Source: Podarcis tiliguerta
Taxonomy: Eukaryota
DNA: 64,000 nt
Assembly: GCA_965153285.1 (NCBI GenBank)
Contig: OZ229129.1
Reading direction: 5' to 3' (one strand)
Both the position numbers and the translations under genes were made by a program. The notes under the pieces are model-generated. The model was not told where the DNA came from. It saw only the letters and a program-made list of their open reading frames with translations, and did not search any database. Of the stretch, positions 14,128-26,315 are shown one piece after another (position 1 is the stretch's first letter; every line of letters starts with the position of its first letter).

Positions 14128-14545
14128 AAGAACGTAAGAAGAGCCCTGCTGCAGCAGATCCAAAGACTACATTCCTACAAACTTGATTCCTATATTGGCC
14201 AGGGAGATGTTTATAAGAAACCCACAAGCATGACATGAGTACAATAGTCCTCTCCTACTTTGCTCCCAGGAACAATGAACTAATCAGAGGCAATGTGCCT
14301 CTGATCCTGGAGGTGGTATATAATCACTGTGCCTAGTAGCTACTGAAAGCCTTAGCCTTCACAGAAACATCTAATCCCCCTTTGAAAGCCATTGAAACTG
14401 ATGGCTGGCATCATCATATCATGCATCTAGGTGTTTTGCAATTGAAATACGTGCAGTGAAGAAAAATTATTTTATTCTATCCATCTTGGAGGTCACACCA
14501 TTCAGCTCCATAGTTTCTTTCTGGGTTCTAGTATTAGGAGGAAGC
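14128..14545 (-). mobile_element. CR1 LINE 3' end, decayed
   Basis: AAGAACGTAAGAAGAGCCCTGCTG... is the reverse complement of the CR1 3' terminus; homologous to 9015-9385. Confidence 0.7.
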
Positions 14546-14929
14546 AAGGCCAAGGTTGAGAGAATACTAGTCTGCTACACAATATATACAGGTGAGTTTT
14601 TATCTGGTAGCTCCTCAACACACACTTAGCTTCTACCTGGCAGCACCTCCATGTAGTATGAGAGCTTCCAGCAGATGCTGCTATTTTAAAGACTCTTCAG
14701 AAGCTCCAAGAACTAGAAACTTATTTCTGGTCAAATGAAGCATGTTGTCCTCAGGAATTTGACTTCCATGATCCACAGTACGATGGCAGCCACATGATAA
14801 ACCAGCATGCCTGGCACACAGCCCACAAAGCAAAGGCATCCTGAAGAGCACCGAGTGCCCATCATTAACAAGCTATGTTCCTGGAAAGCAGCAATTTCAA
14901 ACACACACACACAAACACACCATAATCTA

Positions 14930-15435
14930 AACAGCTTTCTAGGGATGTAATATGCCCAGAATTAACCTACTGAAAATGAAAGTGTATTTAAACAAAAAGC
15001 AACACAGTCTATTGTTAAGATGAAAGGAGACACAGCCAAACAATGAGTAAATCCAATAATGAGAAAAATATAACAAAAGGCCCAGGATCCCAGCATCTGG
15101 CACAAGATACACTTTGTTGNNNNNNNNNNNNNNNNNNNNNNNNNNNNNNNNNNNNNNNNNNNNNNNNNNNNNNNNNNNNNNNNNNNNNNNNNNNNNNNNN
15201 NNNNNNNNNNNNNNNNNNNNNNNNNNNNNNNNNNNNNNNNNNNNNNNNNNNAATACCATCCCAACAAAGTAGGGGGCATTTTTATTAAGGCGACCACTTG
15301 CAGAAAAACCTGCCAGATGACTTCTCTCTCCTCTCACCCTCCCCTCATTTTTTTTTATAAAAAAAGGTTATCATCTTCGCTGTTTGAGCTAAATGTGGCA
15401 TTAGGGAGTTTTAAACTAATGAGTTCATTTTTCTA
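14930..15435. promoter_or_regulatory. candidate conserved enhancer around N run 15120-15251
   Basis: Repeat-free flanks rich in SOX/TCF-type motifs (AACAAT, CTTTGTT, AACAAAG) and TAAT/TTTATTA motifs. Confidence 0.45.
15120..15251. other. N run, 132 nt
   Basis: Directly visible. Confidence 0.99.
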
Positions 15436-15458
15436 GGAGGAGGGGGGAAAGAGGGTGA

Positions 15459-15461
<3 letters not shown>

Positions 15462-15489
<28 letters not shown>
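15462..15489. repeat. (GA)n microsatellite
   Basis: Directly visible. Confidence 0.95.
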
Positions 15490-15492
<3 letters not shown>

Positions 15493-15897
15493 CCCTGGAT
15501 CTGACAGATGACAAGGAAACCTACATAGTCTTGTGAAATGCATGTGCATGTTTGCACATGTTTAACACGGTTTTGGTGAAAGCTGTGTAATATTTAACCT
15601 GAATACTGGGTTGAATGTATGTCTTTTTGGACAAACAAGAGGGGAAAGACAGATAAGCATCCTATTTAAGTGTTTAAAGACAACACACTGAAAATGTTGC
15701 TTAAGACTCACTATGCTTTACTTCAAACCCTCCCCCCCCCCTTTAAAAAAGGATGGACCCCCAATGTGTCTGGGATGAAGGTCGTGATTTTCTAGTAGAC
15801 TTGTAAAATGTGCCGTGTCAGAATAATGCTTTTAATAGTCAATTTGTGCCCCTTATTTTCCTATAAACATTACCTCTGACCCCAAGTGCTATCACTA

Positions 15898-16139
15898 CAG
15901 TGGCACCTCTGGTAACAAACGCTTCTGGTTAAGAACACTTCAGGTTAAGAGCTCCGCTAACGTGGAAGTAGCTGCTCCTGGTTGCGAACTTTGCCCCAGG
16001 ATGTGAACAGAAATCTTGCGCCAGAGACACGCGTGCAGCAGGAGGCCCCATTAGCGAAAGCACGCCTCAGGATAAGAACGATTTCAGCTTAAGAACGGAC
16101 CTCTGGAATGAATTAAGTTCATAACCAGAGGTACCACTG
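15898..16139. mobile_element. Tc1/mariner (Tigger/pogo-like) MITE
   Basis: TA-CAGTGGCACCTCTGG...CCAGAGGTACCACTG-TA; TA TSD; internally homologous to 24431-24672. Confidence 0.92.
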
Positions 16140-16550
16140 TATTTTAGACCTGCACACTCAGCATGCCATGATTTGGAAATACTATGGTTTCCTAATTAAC
16201 ATGCTAATTATTTTGCACTATACATTTGCTATGTTGTTGAACAAACATACAGCACAAACTGGTGTTTACCCCAATGAAGAAAGCAAGGAAAGTGTGCACT
16301 AATTTCCCCACCTACCCCCACCCCTTGACATCTTTACCGATAATATTTTTTTCAGACTGAAAAGTGTATCTACAAGCTGCTCTTGCTGATGCGCACTGCA
16401 GTTTACCACGGTGTCTATATTTCTGTTGTCAGATTTTATAGTATCTTCCTTCATTAAACCTTTCAAGTTTTCCTTTTGATCATGCAACCAAGGCTAGAAG
16501 ACAGATATCTTCCTGGAACAGAGCAGTCTGCCAAGTCTTCCTCAAGACCA

Positions 16551-16682
16551 NNNNNNNNNNNNNNNNNNNNNNNNNNNNNNNNNNNNNNNNNNNNNNNNNN
16601 NNNNNNNNNNNNNNNNNNNNNNNNNNNNNNNNNNNNNNNNNNNNNNNNNNNNNNNNNNNNNNNNNNNNNNNNNNNNNNNNNN
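16551..16682. other. N run, 132 nt
   Basis: Directly visible. Confidence 0.99.
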
Positions 16683-17659
16683 AGCAAAATGGGAAGAGAC
16701 TTTTAGCTTGATTTAGAATGTTGATTTTTGTGCACTAATTTTGTTTTGACTTTGTTTTTTCATCACCAATTTTTACAAGCCATATTAAGTTAACGCAACA
16801 TTGTTTTCCTAAGTATACTGAATACTAAAGGAAAGAGGGAGGAGAAGAGATTACTGTATCTACCATTGTGTTCCTGAAAACTAATATGTACACGAGACAA
16901 AATGTTTGTCAATTAAAATTGTTTTAAACTAAATCCTAGGCCAATTTAATTTAAATACTGAGTTGTTTTTAAATCAGAAGCATGTGTATGTGTGTATATA
17001 TATAAAATTTGTGCCTGGAAAGGGGTGGGAAGAGAGTATCAATGAGGGAAGGGGTAACCTATGTCATCATTTCTAGAGCTAGTCCAGTGAAAAGAGCTCT
17101 GGTTTTCAGCCCTGAAAGCTAACAACCCCCATTCCAGCTGTATAGTTAACCTTTTGTACATCAGTTATACTGGATGTGAATTTGCTTCCAGGCCCAATTC
17201 AAAATGCTGCTTTTAACTTTTAAAGCCCTGCATTTTGGGGAAAATGGAATGTGAATATATAAATAAACAAAATACAGGTATTCAACAATGTCATCACAAC
17301 ATACGATAGGCATGGAGCTTACCAACAAAAACTGGCCAAGCTATGCTAAAACAACAACATACAAGTGCAGGAGATAGTGCTAGAGTGAACACAGAGGAAT
17401 AGTCTGGCACCAAAAAGATAATTTAGCCCTCCTTTAAGCGAGATGGCCAGAATGCCCTACTTTACAGACAATGTTTCTGTGTTTGAATATGTCCTCTATT
17501 TGAAGGGCTATCCCTTCCAAGTCTGCTTTGAAGAGAAAAAGAGAGCAGAAGCCTCAGTGTGGCCCATCAGCAGTTAGCATCTGGACAGCAGACCAAGCAG
17601 ACACACAGGCCAACTGGTCACAGTCTTCCCCATAAATGTGAGATGCTTGGTATGACCAC

Positions 17660-17800
17660 TTGCCAGCTCAGTTGCTAGAGGATGAGACTCAGAGCTGTGG
17701 GTTCAAACCCAACATTGGGTGAAAGATTCCTGCATTGCAGAGGGTTGGACTGGATGATGCTTGTGGTCCCTACCAACTCTATGAGTCCATGATTCCATGC
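17660..17800 (+). mobile_element. tRNA-derived SINE with CR1-like 3' tail
   Basis: A box (AGCTCAGTTG) and B box (GGTTCAAACCC), then GATTCCTGCATTGCAG...GGTCCCTACCAACTCTATGA, which matches the CR1 terminus at 32780-32812. Confidence 0.8.
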
Positions 17801-18392
17801 AATTATAATTATTATATCTAAATTTTAATCTAGACATATAATTACTATATGCAAATCCAAGTTTCTTCTATTCTCTGTAATTTGTGTCTACAAGGCTCTC
17901 TATCAAAACCATCACATCACAAGTGTCTTGGGAGTTGAGATATGCTAGTATTCTAAGAGCAAAGTTTTCCTAGTAGCACATAGTATTTGCTCCCAAGTAT
18001 GCAGCAGGGTGCCAAATCTTCCACTCATCCTTGTCAACAGAGAAAGAATTGATTGGCCTTAATCATGTTTCTCAACCCAGCAAAGATTCCATAAATGCAC
18101 AATGTCATTCCACCCTGCATCTTGCAAGCAAAAGTAGTTTAGGTTCAACAAGACCCATAAACCACCCCTGGAGCACATACCACTTATTCATCAGAACCTG
18201 AGGATGCATGCATGTCTGGAGGGTGGTGTGACAAGGCAAAATATAGGAATAGCAACACACCTTAAATGGTGTTATATGGTACACCTTTTCTGCTTGGTAT
18301 ACAAAAGTTTATAGACCCAACACCAAAGTGAAATCTTTGAATTCACAAGTCTACACACTCTCCCTTGCTGTCCCCATATGCCTGGAATTATA

Positions 18393-18638
18393 CAGTGGTA
18401 CCTTGGTTTACGAACTTAATCTGTTCCGAAAGTCCATTCTTAAACCAAAGTGTTCTTAAACCAAGGTGTGCTTTCCCATAGCAGCGGGGGACTCAATTTA
18501 CGAACGGAACACACTCAACAGGAAGCCTCACATGTTCTTATTCCAAGTTCACAAACCGAAACACCTACTTCTGGGTTTGCAGCGTTCTTAAACCAAGTTG
18601 TTCATAAACTAAGCTGTTCTTAAATAAAGGTACCACTG
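18393..18638. mobile_element. Tc1/mariner (Tigger-like) MITE
   Basis: TA-CAGTGGTACCTT...AAGGTACCACTG-TA. Confidence 0.92.
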
Positions 18639-18814
18639 TATCTCTCAGAACACCTACAACATGCTGCCTTCCCCACACCCCACTAATTTAAATCTGAAAT
18701 GAAAACCTCCCTACCTCTTATGCAAAGCCCTTAATCCTCACCCTGCCCCGCAACAGAAACAAAGCTAAGCACTTGTAACTCCATTTGCTCAAATTCATCC
18801 CTTCTCAGTCTGAA

Positions 18815-19110
18815 TTTAGATGGCAAGCTCTTCAAGGGCAGGGATCTCTTATGTTTACAATACTCAGTAAAGAGCAACACACATGGTGAACATTTTATAA
18901 ATATATTTATAGAAATTATTTCACCTTTCACTGCAAATGGCTCAAGATGGCTTTCAAATAGAAAACACAGTTCTAAACAGCCATAAACAGCAAAACAGCA
19001 AATAAAAATATAAAGCCAGCCACTAAATAAACAGGACAACACTGTGTTACAATATTAAGTATAGGTACACACACAAAGACAACACACATAATGAAACATG
19101 CATTAAAATA
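18815..19110. mobile_element. two tail-to-tail L2/SINE 3' fragments
   Basis: Plus-strand TTTAGATGGCAAGCTCTTCAAGGGCAGGGA (L2 tail) abuts a minus-strand tail (ATGGCTCAAGATGGCTTTCAAA). Confidence 0.5.
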
Positions 19111-19847
19111 TAAGCTGAAGACTTCTCCAGTTTGATGCATGAAGAACAGTTCTCTCTGCTTTGGAAAAAAAAAACTTGTTAAAAGATTTGCGTTTCTGCA
19201 AGTACTTGCAGAACACACAAAGACCACATCAACACTGACTGCTTTGGTTTCTAAGAACTATTAACCAGCACCCAAATTCATAAAACACCTAAATACTACA
19301 AAAAAATCTTCTTCAGGACTTGACCATTGGTTCACCTTAGTGAAGGTTCTGCAATCATTGTTTTTCAGTGTGAGGTTTCACCAAAATTGCCAGAAGCCAT
19401 CCCTGTGACATGTACCTCTTTCTTTAGGGTGTGTCAAGTAATTCCAAAGACCTATGAGCAAACTCTTATCACCAAGATGGTCAGTTGCCCTCTACACATC
19501 TGCACTTTACATGAATGGCTTCCAACAAGCTTTCAGGTTCTCTCTATTTAGGAACCAAACCTTTAACCCACCCTATTTCCTACTGTCAGCTCCATCAGCT
19601 CCAGAGCAGATAAGCTCTCTCTTTTTGTTTTTAGGGTCATCCCAGACTGGGTGCTTTTTATTTGCTGGTGTGCTGTGCATCATGTAATTTATGCAGTAAT
19701 AGTACAATAGTGGTGGATTGACCACCCACATATCATTTCACTTTATTAGCAATCCATTTACTGTAAACAGTAACTTAAATAAAAGGTACCAATACCAAAA
19801 CTACATCAAAATCAAAATCAGGAGTAGGTCAGCAATAAAAACACCAT

Positions 19848-20362
19848 TGTCAGTGACGTTAACCCTTCCCAGAAACTCTTCCCAGTAGGTCTTGCCCCAA
19901 TGAGGTAGTTGCGAGGACTGAAGGTCCCTGTCTTCCCACTGCTAAGGCTCCTCTCCTGGTCCCTCCCCCAACAGCCTAAGACTCTGTCACCTTGTGTCTC
20001 AGTGCTCCATACTCTTCATTTACCTGCATGTTCTAGATGGAAAGGGGGAAGCGAAGCCGGTTGCAGAAGGAAGGGTAAACTCCCTGGCTTCTTCAGCAGC
20101 CTGCTTCATCCCTGTCTCTTGGCCCACCTCCTCTTCTGCTTCTGAGCCTGGACTGCTCTCTGCCCAGCTTCTTCCTGCTCACTAAACCCTGTTGCCTCTT
20201 CAGCTTCCAGCACCTCCTCCTCCCAATCTGCTCCCTCTTCTCCTTCTGACCACACATCACCATCCCACCACCAATCCCCTGGCTCTGAGCCCCTGTGGGT
20301 TCCCTTGGGGATTCCTCAGTGGTCCCTCCCACTACTCCTCTGCATCCAGCTAATCCATGACA
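19848..20362 (-). mobile_element. probable solo LTR (Gypsy/ERV-like)
   Basis: 515-bp GC-richer block bounded by TGTCA...TGACA with a purine-rich minus strand; no intact TSD. Confidence 0.5.
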
Positions 20363-21016
20363 CACAGGGTGTAAGTTCCATCATTATGGTGCTATTACTG
20401 AGAAACCTCTGCCGCTTGAACCCATTTGTGAATGGAGAGAGCAGAGAATAAGGTATCAGAGACTGAACTTAAAAGGTGGGCAGGTTCGTCTTGGAGCAAG
20501 CGAACAAGAATGGAGAGAGAAAATGCTGCCCTATTTCAAAGCTGCCCAAGTCAAAACACCTCTTTACTTTCCATGTTTTTTTAAAAAAAGAAATCTTACA
20601 AAACCCATGAAGTACCATTTACTTTCTTCTTGAAACCATTCTAGTGCTTCATCATCTTCTGTAGGAATCTGGAGATATGGAATACATCAATGAAAGCCAG
20701 CCCTTTTCCCACTGAAAATCACCAAGCAGCTGATGAAAGCCGTCTTCAAATTGCTGGGAAGCAGCAGCAGCAGCTGGGCCCTCTCATCAAAATATATTTA
20801 GAGATTTTTAAAAGATCATCTCAACGGACTGCTGAGCCTGGCATCCCTTTTAGAGCCAGGAGGCACAATCTGAGGTGTTAAGGAAGAAGAAGGGGAGATG
20901 GAAAACTCCCCCTTTTAAAGTTGGGAGTTTATATTTTAATAGTGTTCTATTAAAATGAGAATTTCAGGAATGCTCTCGGTATTTACATCAAGGCTCTTTA
21001 CAGCAAATCCAGTCGT

Positions 21017-21052
<36 letters not shown>
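21017..21052. repeat. (TG)n microsatellite
   Basis: Directly visible. Confidence 0.95.
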
Positions 21053-21053
<1 letters not shown>

Positions 21054-22049
21054 TAAATAAAAACACAAACATTCATCCATAGAACAGAACCATTAAAAAG
21101 GCAGATTAATAGCCTGACAGTTCGAACAGCTTCTCTGGAGCCATTAGGCACCATGGTGCAAATACGTACTCCGGGCATTTCTGAAAAGAGCATTAATGGC
21201 ATGATGGACTGTAACCACCGCACTCCCATACACCTGGATTTATGCTGTTTATTTGGAATGCCTATACGCACCATATGCTCAGCAAATATTTTTATGGAAG
21301 CAGTTACTGAGTGTAAGGATCACACAGCTGGTACAGGCTCCCTGCCCCAGGGAGAGAAGAAAGGGAGGCACGACTATCTTTCAAGATTGAGGAAGGGTAT
21401 GATTAAAAAAAAGCCATGCATGTTTAGGATAAGAAAGTAGACCTTCAGCTGCCCAGCACAAGGAATGGAAATGCAGCTCTTTTAGCAAAAACAGCACAGA
21501 TCACCTGGGGTGGTGGGGTGGGGATGTCCTTCAGAGTTGCTCCTGAACTATTTTTAAACAGCTGATAAAATTGGAGAGGCTTGTATTTAAACTATGTCAG
21601 CCTCAAGGACATGAAGGACAGTGACTGCAGAAAGTGACACACAGGGATGTGTGTGTGGAAAGCAGAGTGAAGGCACAAGATATCCACTCCATATTTGACC
21701 CAGAGCACTGACTGCTACTGAGTTCTGTAACACAACACATGTGTTCCATGCCATAGGCTAAAACTTATAGAAGGGCTTACAAACAGGAATTGTGGGGTGT
21801 GCAATATCAGTGTAGGAAGGCTAGGCTGCTAGAGTCCAGACTTGGGGTAGTGTGACCAACTGCACCCCAGAAGAAAAATTATGTACCTCAAGTCCAATTG
21901 AAAGTACATTGGGATAGCAGAGGGAGGAATTCCAGCTTCTGCTTTTCAGAGCCAAGCCAACTAACTAGCAGCTGTCTTTAGAAGTTTGCACTCAAACTGC
22001 TTCCCTCAAAGCATGTTAAATGCTACCTTATCATCTCTACATACCTCCT

Positions 22050-22153
22050 CTTTCACAACTCCCATCATTCCTGTTCATCAACTATGTAGGTTGAGGTTAA
22101 TGGAAATTGGAGTCCTAATGACATATGGAAGGCCACAGGTTTCCTGTTCCCAC
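22050..22153. mobile_element. palindromic MITE fragment
   Basis: ACAACTCCCATCA...TGGAAATTGGAGTCC...GGAAGGCCACAGGTT; same family as 41343. Confidence 0.5.
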
Positions 22154-22329
22154 ACTTCGGCTGCAAAAAGTGGAAATCTGATAGCTTGTTTAATTAATAT
22201 GTATATACTATGTCATCTGCAAAGTAGCAGTTGGTAGTGCAAAAATAAATTGTAAAAACCATTAAAAAGTAATCTTAAAAATCACCCATCCAAAATGGTG
22301 TTGTTGTTTTTAATTGATAACATTCCCAG

Positions 22330-22598
22330 GGTAAGGTGAAGGTAAAGAACCCCTGGATGGTTAACTCCAGTCAAAGGTGATTATGGAGTGCGGCACTCAT
22401 CTCTGCTTTCAGGCCGAGGGAACCGGCGTTTGTACACAGACAGCTCTTTCCGGGTCATGTGGCCGTCATGACTAAACCACTTCTGGTGCAACGGAGGACT
22501 ATGATGAATGCCAGAGTGCACGGAAACACCATTTACCTTCCCGCTGCAGTGGTACCTATTTATCTACTTGCACTGGTATGCTTTCAAACTGCTAGGGT
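22330..22598 (-). mobile_element. Sauria SINE (Squam1), 5'-truncated
   Basis: (ACCTT)n-type tail on the minus strand (GGTAAGGTGAAGGTAAAG) and the diagnostic body TTTACCTTCCCGC.GCAGTGGTACCTATTTATCTACTTGCAC; squamate-specific family. Confidence 0.9.
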
Positions 22599-22654
22599 AT
22601 CGGAGGTGATGCTCTGATTGAAGACAAAAAGTGCTCAATGGCACTTAAAAACCA

Positions 22655-22730
22655 ATAGATCTATAGTGGCATAAGCTTTTGTTTACTAGACCCCAATTGT
22701 CAGGTATTCTTGTGCCTATAAACTTAACTA
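22655..22730. mobile_element. possible Penelope-like fragment
   Basis: GTGGCATAAGCTTT...ACTAGA resembles reptile Penelope terminal repeats (recalled similarity, not verified). Confidence 0.3.
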
Positions 22731-24124
22731 CATAAGAATTACTTGGATCCAAAACAAAAGGTTAGCAGAAAAGCATCATGTGGCAATATGTGATGCCAAA
22801 TGCAGAGAGGTTCATTTATTTGCTCAAGACTTTGTACAACCACTTTTCAAAACCTTTTATGGCCCACTATTTTCATATGCTACAGTCTGGATCTTCCTTA
22901 ATCGCCATGTCATAATATAATGCAGCCCTTGATGTTATTTGCTGCACTACAAGAAGACTTCCACTAGCTTGAACAAAAATTCAAATGTACATAAGGTGAA
23001 ATGGCATTTTCTCATAGTCCTGTGAATCAAAGCCAACACTTATACTTGAGTGTTAGTAACCCCGTCCAGTCTATAAAAGTAACACTGAGCAGAAACTCAG
23101 GAAGAAGTGGGATGCATGCTTATATTCCCTTCTCAGCATCTGTAAACTCCCTTTCACTTACTTTCACATGGAGGGAAGAAAAATGCTTCTTCAAATGTTT
23201 TTATATGGATAGTTTTTAAGACAGACAGATGCTTTCTAGGTACATGACATGAAGCTGTATAAAAGCAAATCTGCCCTGGACATCCAAGCCATACTGAAAA
23301 TATTGCAGCTGCCAGCTTTGTTTTGTTTTTCTTTTTTCTTTTTGGCCTGTTCTGTGTAAGATGTGCTCTTAAAGACTCTGTGCTAATATCCAGGTGTCCT
23401 AGCCATTTTTCCTGTCCTGCCTTCTTCTGAACTCTGCTTCTAAAAATGGAAGTAATTTTTGACTTGCCCTTATTTATTTCTGGCATCTGATTTCAAGCAA
23501 GTGATCGAGTTTCAGACCACTTATTCCGAATCAAATAAAGAAGATAAGAAATATTTATCTGCACAGGACCCCTAAACTTACAACCCACTCAGGAACACAA
23601 ACAGATTACAGAATTTCTAAAAGTTAAATCAAAAAATGAACTTACTGAATCCAGCTATTTTGAAGGGACTGCTTATTTATGTATCATTTTAAGAGGAAAT
23701 TGAGAGGCCATTAGGCAGCTCAAGATCACACTTGCTCACACTACCTAGTTTTGCATCATTCTTGCTGCCAAGGAGGAACCAATGGCCAGCCTGGATGGAA
23801 TCAACACATAAGGTTCCTCCCAGAGAGCCTCACATGGGCCCCCCACATGGGGGAGCAGTTCATGAGACAAAGTGAACTCTACTCCCCATGTACTAAGAAC
23901 TATGGACACTTCCCCTTAAAGATGCATGGGGGGAAATGGCTGACTTCCCCACCCTGTGTGTATGGTTTCTCCATGCTAGAAGATAATATATGCAGGGTCT
24001 ATACATGCAACATGCAACTCTGCAGGGGAAAAAAGGTCTAAGAGTTTGGTCTGCCACAAGTCTTTCTGTGCACAAAATACAGGCTCCTCTATATATCAGT
24101 AACTGATTAAAGAACAGGAAGCAG

Positions 24125-24905
24125 ACACTAGGAATAAATGGCAATTCTCACAGTGAGGATGTAAAAAGTGTGGTCTCACAAGGATCTGTATAAGGACCAG
24201 TGTCTTTTATCTTGCTCATAAATGACCTAGGATTAGGGGTGAGTAGTGAAGTGGACAGGTTTACTGATGACACCAAATTATTTAGAGTGATAAGATAAAA
24301 AAGTAATTGCCAGGAGCTTCAAAAGGATCTCTCGAAACTGCATGAATAGATATTAAAATGGCAAATGCAATTAAACATAAGGAAGTATAAAGTGACACAT
24401 ATTGGCCAAAAAATCCTAACCGCGTATATACAGTGGTACCTCAGGTTACATACGCTTCAGGTTACATACACTTCAGGGTACAGACTTTGCTAACCCAGAA
24501 ATAGTGCTTCAGGTTAAGAACTTTGTTTCAGGATAAGAACAGAAATTGGGCTCTGACGGCGCAGCAACAGCAGGAGGCCCCATTAGCTAAAGTGATGCTT
24601 CAGGTTAAGAACAGTTTCAGGTTAAGAACGAACCTGCGGAACGAATTAAGTACTTAACCTGAGGTACCACTGTACTGATGGGGTCTGAGGTGGCAGTGAC
24701 AAAGCTATGAAAGGGGTTCATGCTAGGGTCATTAAGAAAGGAATCAAACAATAAAACTGATAATATTGTAATGCTTTTATACAAAGTGATTGTATAACCA
24801 CACTTGGAATGCCCCATAGTATAGGATCTGGTTGATACTAAGGGAAACAGCATGCTAGACTAGATGAGCTTTCGGGGCAGTCCAGCAGGACTATTTTTAT
24901 GTTCA
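24125..24905 (+). mobile_element. CR1 LINE RT fragment with internal deletions and 3' UTR
   Basis: GINGQFS...SQGSV.GPVSFILLINDLGLGVSSEVDRFTDDTKLFRV (FTDD at 24260-24271); interrupted by the MITE at 24431-24672. Confidence 0.88.
24431..24672. mobile_element. Tc1/mariner (Tigger-like) MITE nested in CR1
   Basis: TA-CAGTGGTACCTCAGGTTA...TAACCTGAGGTACCACTG-TA, perfect 18-bp TIR. Confidence 0.95.
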
Positions 24906-25144
24906 TATATAAGAAAAAAAACTAGCAGCTTGAAAAATGTTAAAGGTATGTGCTGTGTCCATTATATGAGTACCCAGGGGCCCTTGTTGGTGCTACCATT
25001 CCAGCTTAGGATCTAAGTACATCTAGAGGTCTTCAAAATGACACACCCAGCCATACTGGTTTAGGCAAAACGTACACCTAAGTCTACAAAAACAAAAACA
25101 TGACAGTGTACAAGGAGGGAAATGGAAGAATTTCTAAACTGACC

Positions 25145-25225
25145 TAAGAACATGAGAGCTTTCTGGATCAGGCCAGTGGTCCATCTAGTCCAATATCCTG
25201 TTCTCACAATGGCTAACAATGCCAG
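25145..25225 (-). mobile_element. CR1 3' terminal fragment
   Basis: TAAGAACATGAGAGC...GGATCAGGCCAGTGGTCCATCTAGTCCA. Confidence 0.7.
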
Positions 25226-26202
25226 TGGCCAGGCCTTCTTAAAAGTAAAACAAAGCAAATTAAATATATCTTCCTTATATGCTTTGGGGATCAGAAATAT
25301 CCTACCAGGGTACAAGGCAGAGAAAACCAAAATGTGTGTATGGCTTTGTCTTTAAGTACAAGGTGCTGCCCTGGCTTGCTACCCCCCCCCCCAGCCCCCA
25401 GAGCAATGAGGGATGCTCTGTTATTACAAGCTCAGGATATTCTATTATTCCACAATGTGATTCCCCTCCAATGTCCTCTATCCTTAACATTTTTGAAAAA
25501 CAGACTGCCTGTTTGATGCTGTCTTTGCCTCAAAATAGTCTGCTCTTGTTTACCCAGGAGTAGAGCTTCAAATATTATATTCTCACATTTTCAAATCACT
25601 GTAGACACCTGAGACAAAAAGTGTCCCCAAAGCTGCCTGCACAGGCTACATGCTGGTCACTCTTTCTTGTCAAGACTGATTTATTGCCTCCTTGCTGTTC
25701 AATTTCACATTTTGTCCTCATCATATCCGTGCCTCATGATCATTCCAGGCTGACCCTTGTAGGGCAGGCAAGGAATATTGATAAAACAATTATCTGTTAG
25801 CCGTTCATTTGATTTTCCATTTCAATTACGGATTGCACGAGGCAAAAGGAAAAAGATTGCATCATTGATTTTTCCCTACCTTACAACAGTAAAGAGTTGC
25901 TTTGATGGTTGTAAAATGAATGCTACTCAACCATGCTTTTAAAGGTCATATGGTTTCATTTTACTGTATTTTTAAAAAAAATTAAAAGCCCCCAAATATA
26001 CAACTGTTAAGGGTCAGAACTGGGTCAGCAGATGGGACAACTGGATAATTTTCTCAAAGTTGGTTTTTTAAAAGCTTTTTCTCACTGCTTGAATGAGGGT
26101 GGAAACCCATGAATTTGCTCTGATATGGTTACAATTAATATGATTTATTTTCACCTTTCCAAAACTCTGCTGAATTATTTTCAGTAATTATGGAGAAATG
26201 GT

Positions 26203-26315
26203 CTGAAGGCGCCATCTCTGAAGCTGAGCAGATCTAGGACTAGCCAGTTTTCTGGATAGGAGACTGGCCCGTGTATGCTGCTCTGTGGTCCTTGGAGGGA
26301 GGCCAAGACACAAAG
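26203..26315 (+). mobile_element. 5S rRNA-derived SINE-like relic
   Basis: CTGAAGGCGCC-ATCTCTGAAGCTGAGCAGATCTAGGACTAGCCAGTTTTCTGGATAGGAGACTGGCC aligns to vertebrate 5S CTGAACGCGCC...ATCTCGGAAGCTAAGCAGGGTCGGGCCTGGTTAGTACTTGGATGGGAGACCGCC (box A and box C region); followed by an L2-like tail. Confidence 0.6.

Noticed and set aside
16299-16550. Protein-like minus frames next to the second N run
   Set aside because: Frames are short and interrupted by stops; more consistent with a non-coding conserved flank.
26203-26270. Functional 5S rRNA gene
   Set aside because: Partial, diverged and internally deleted.
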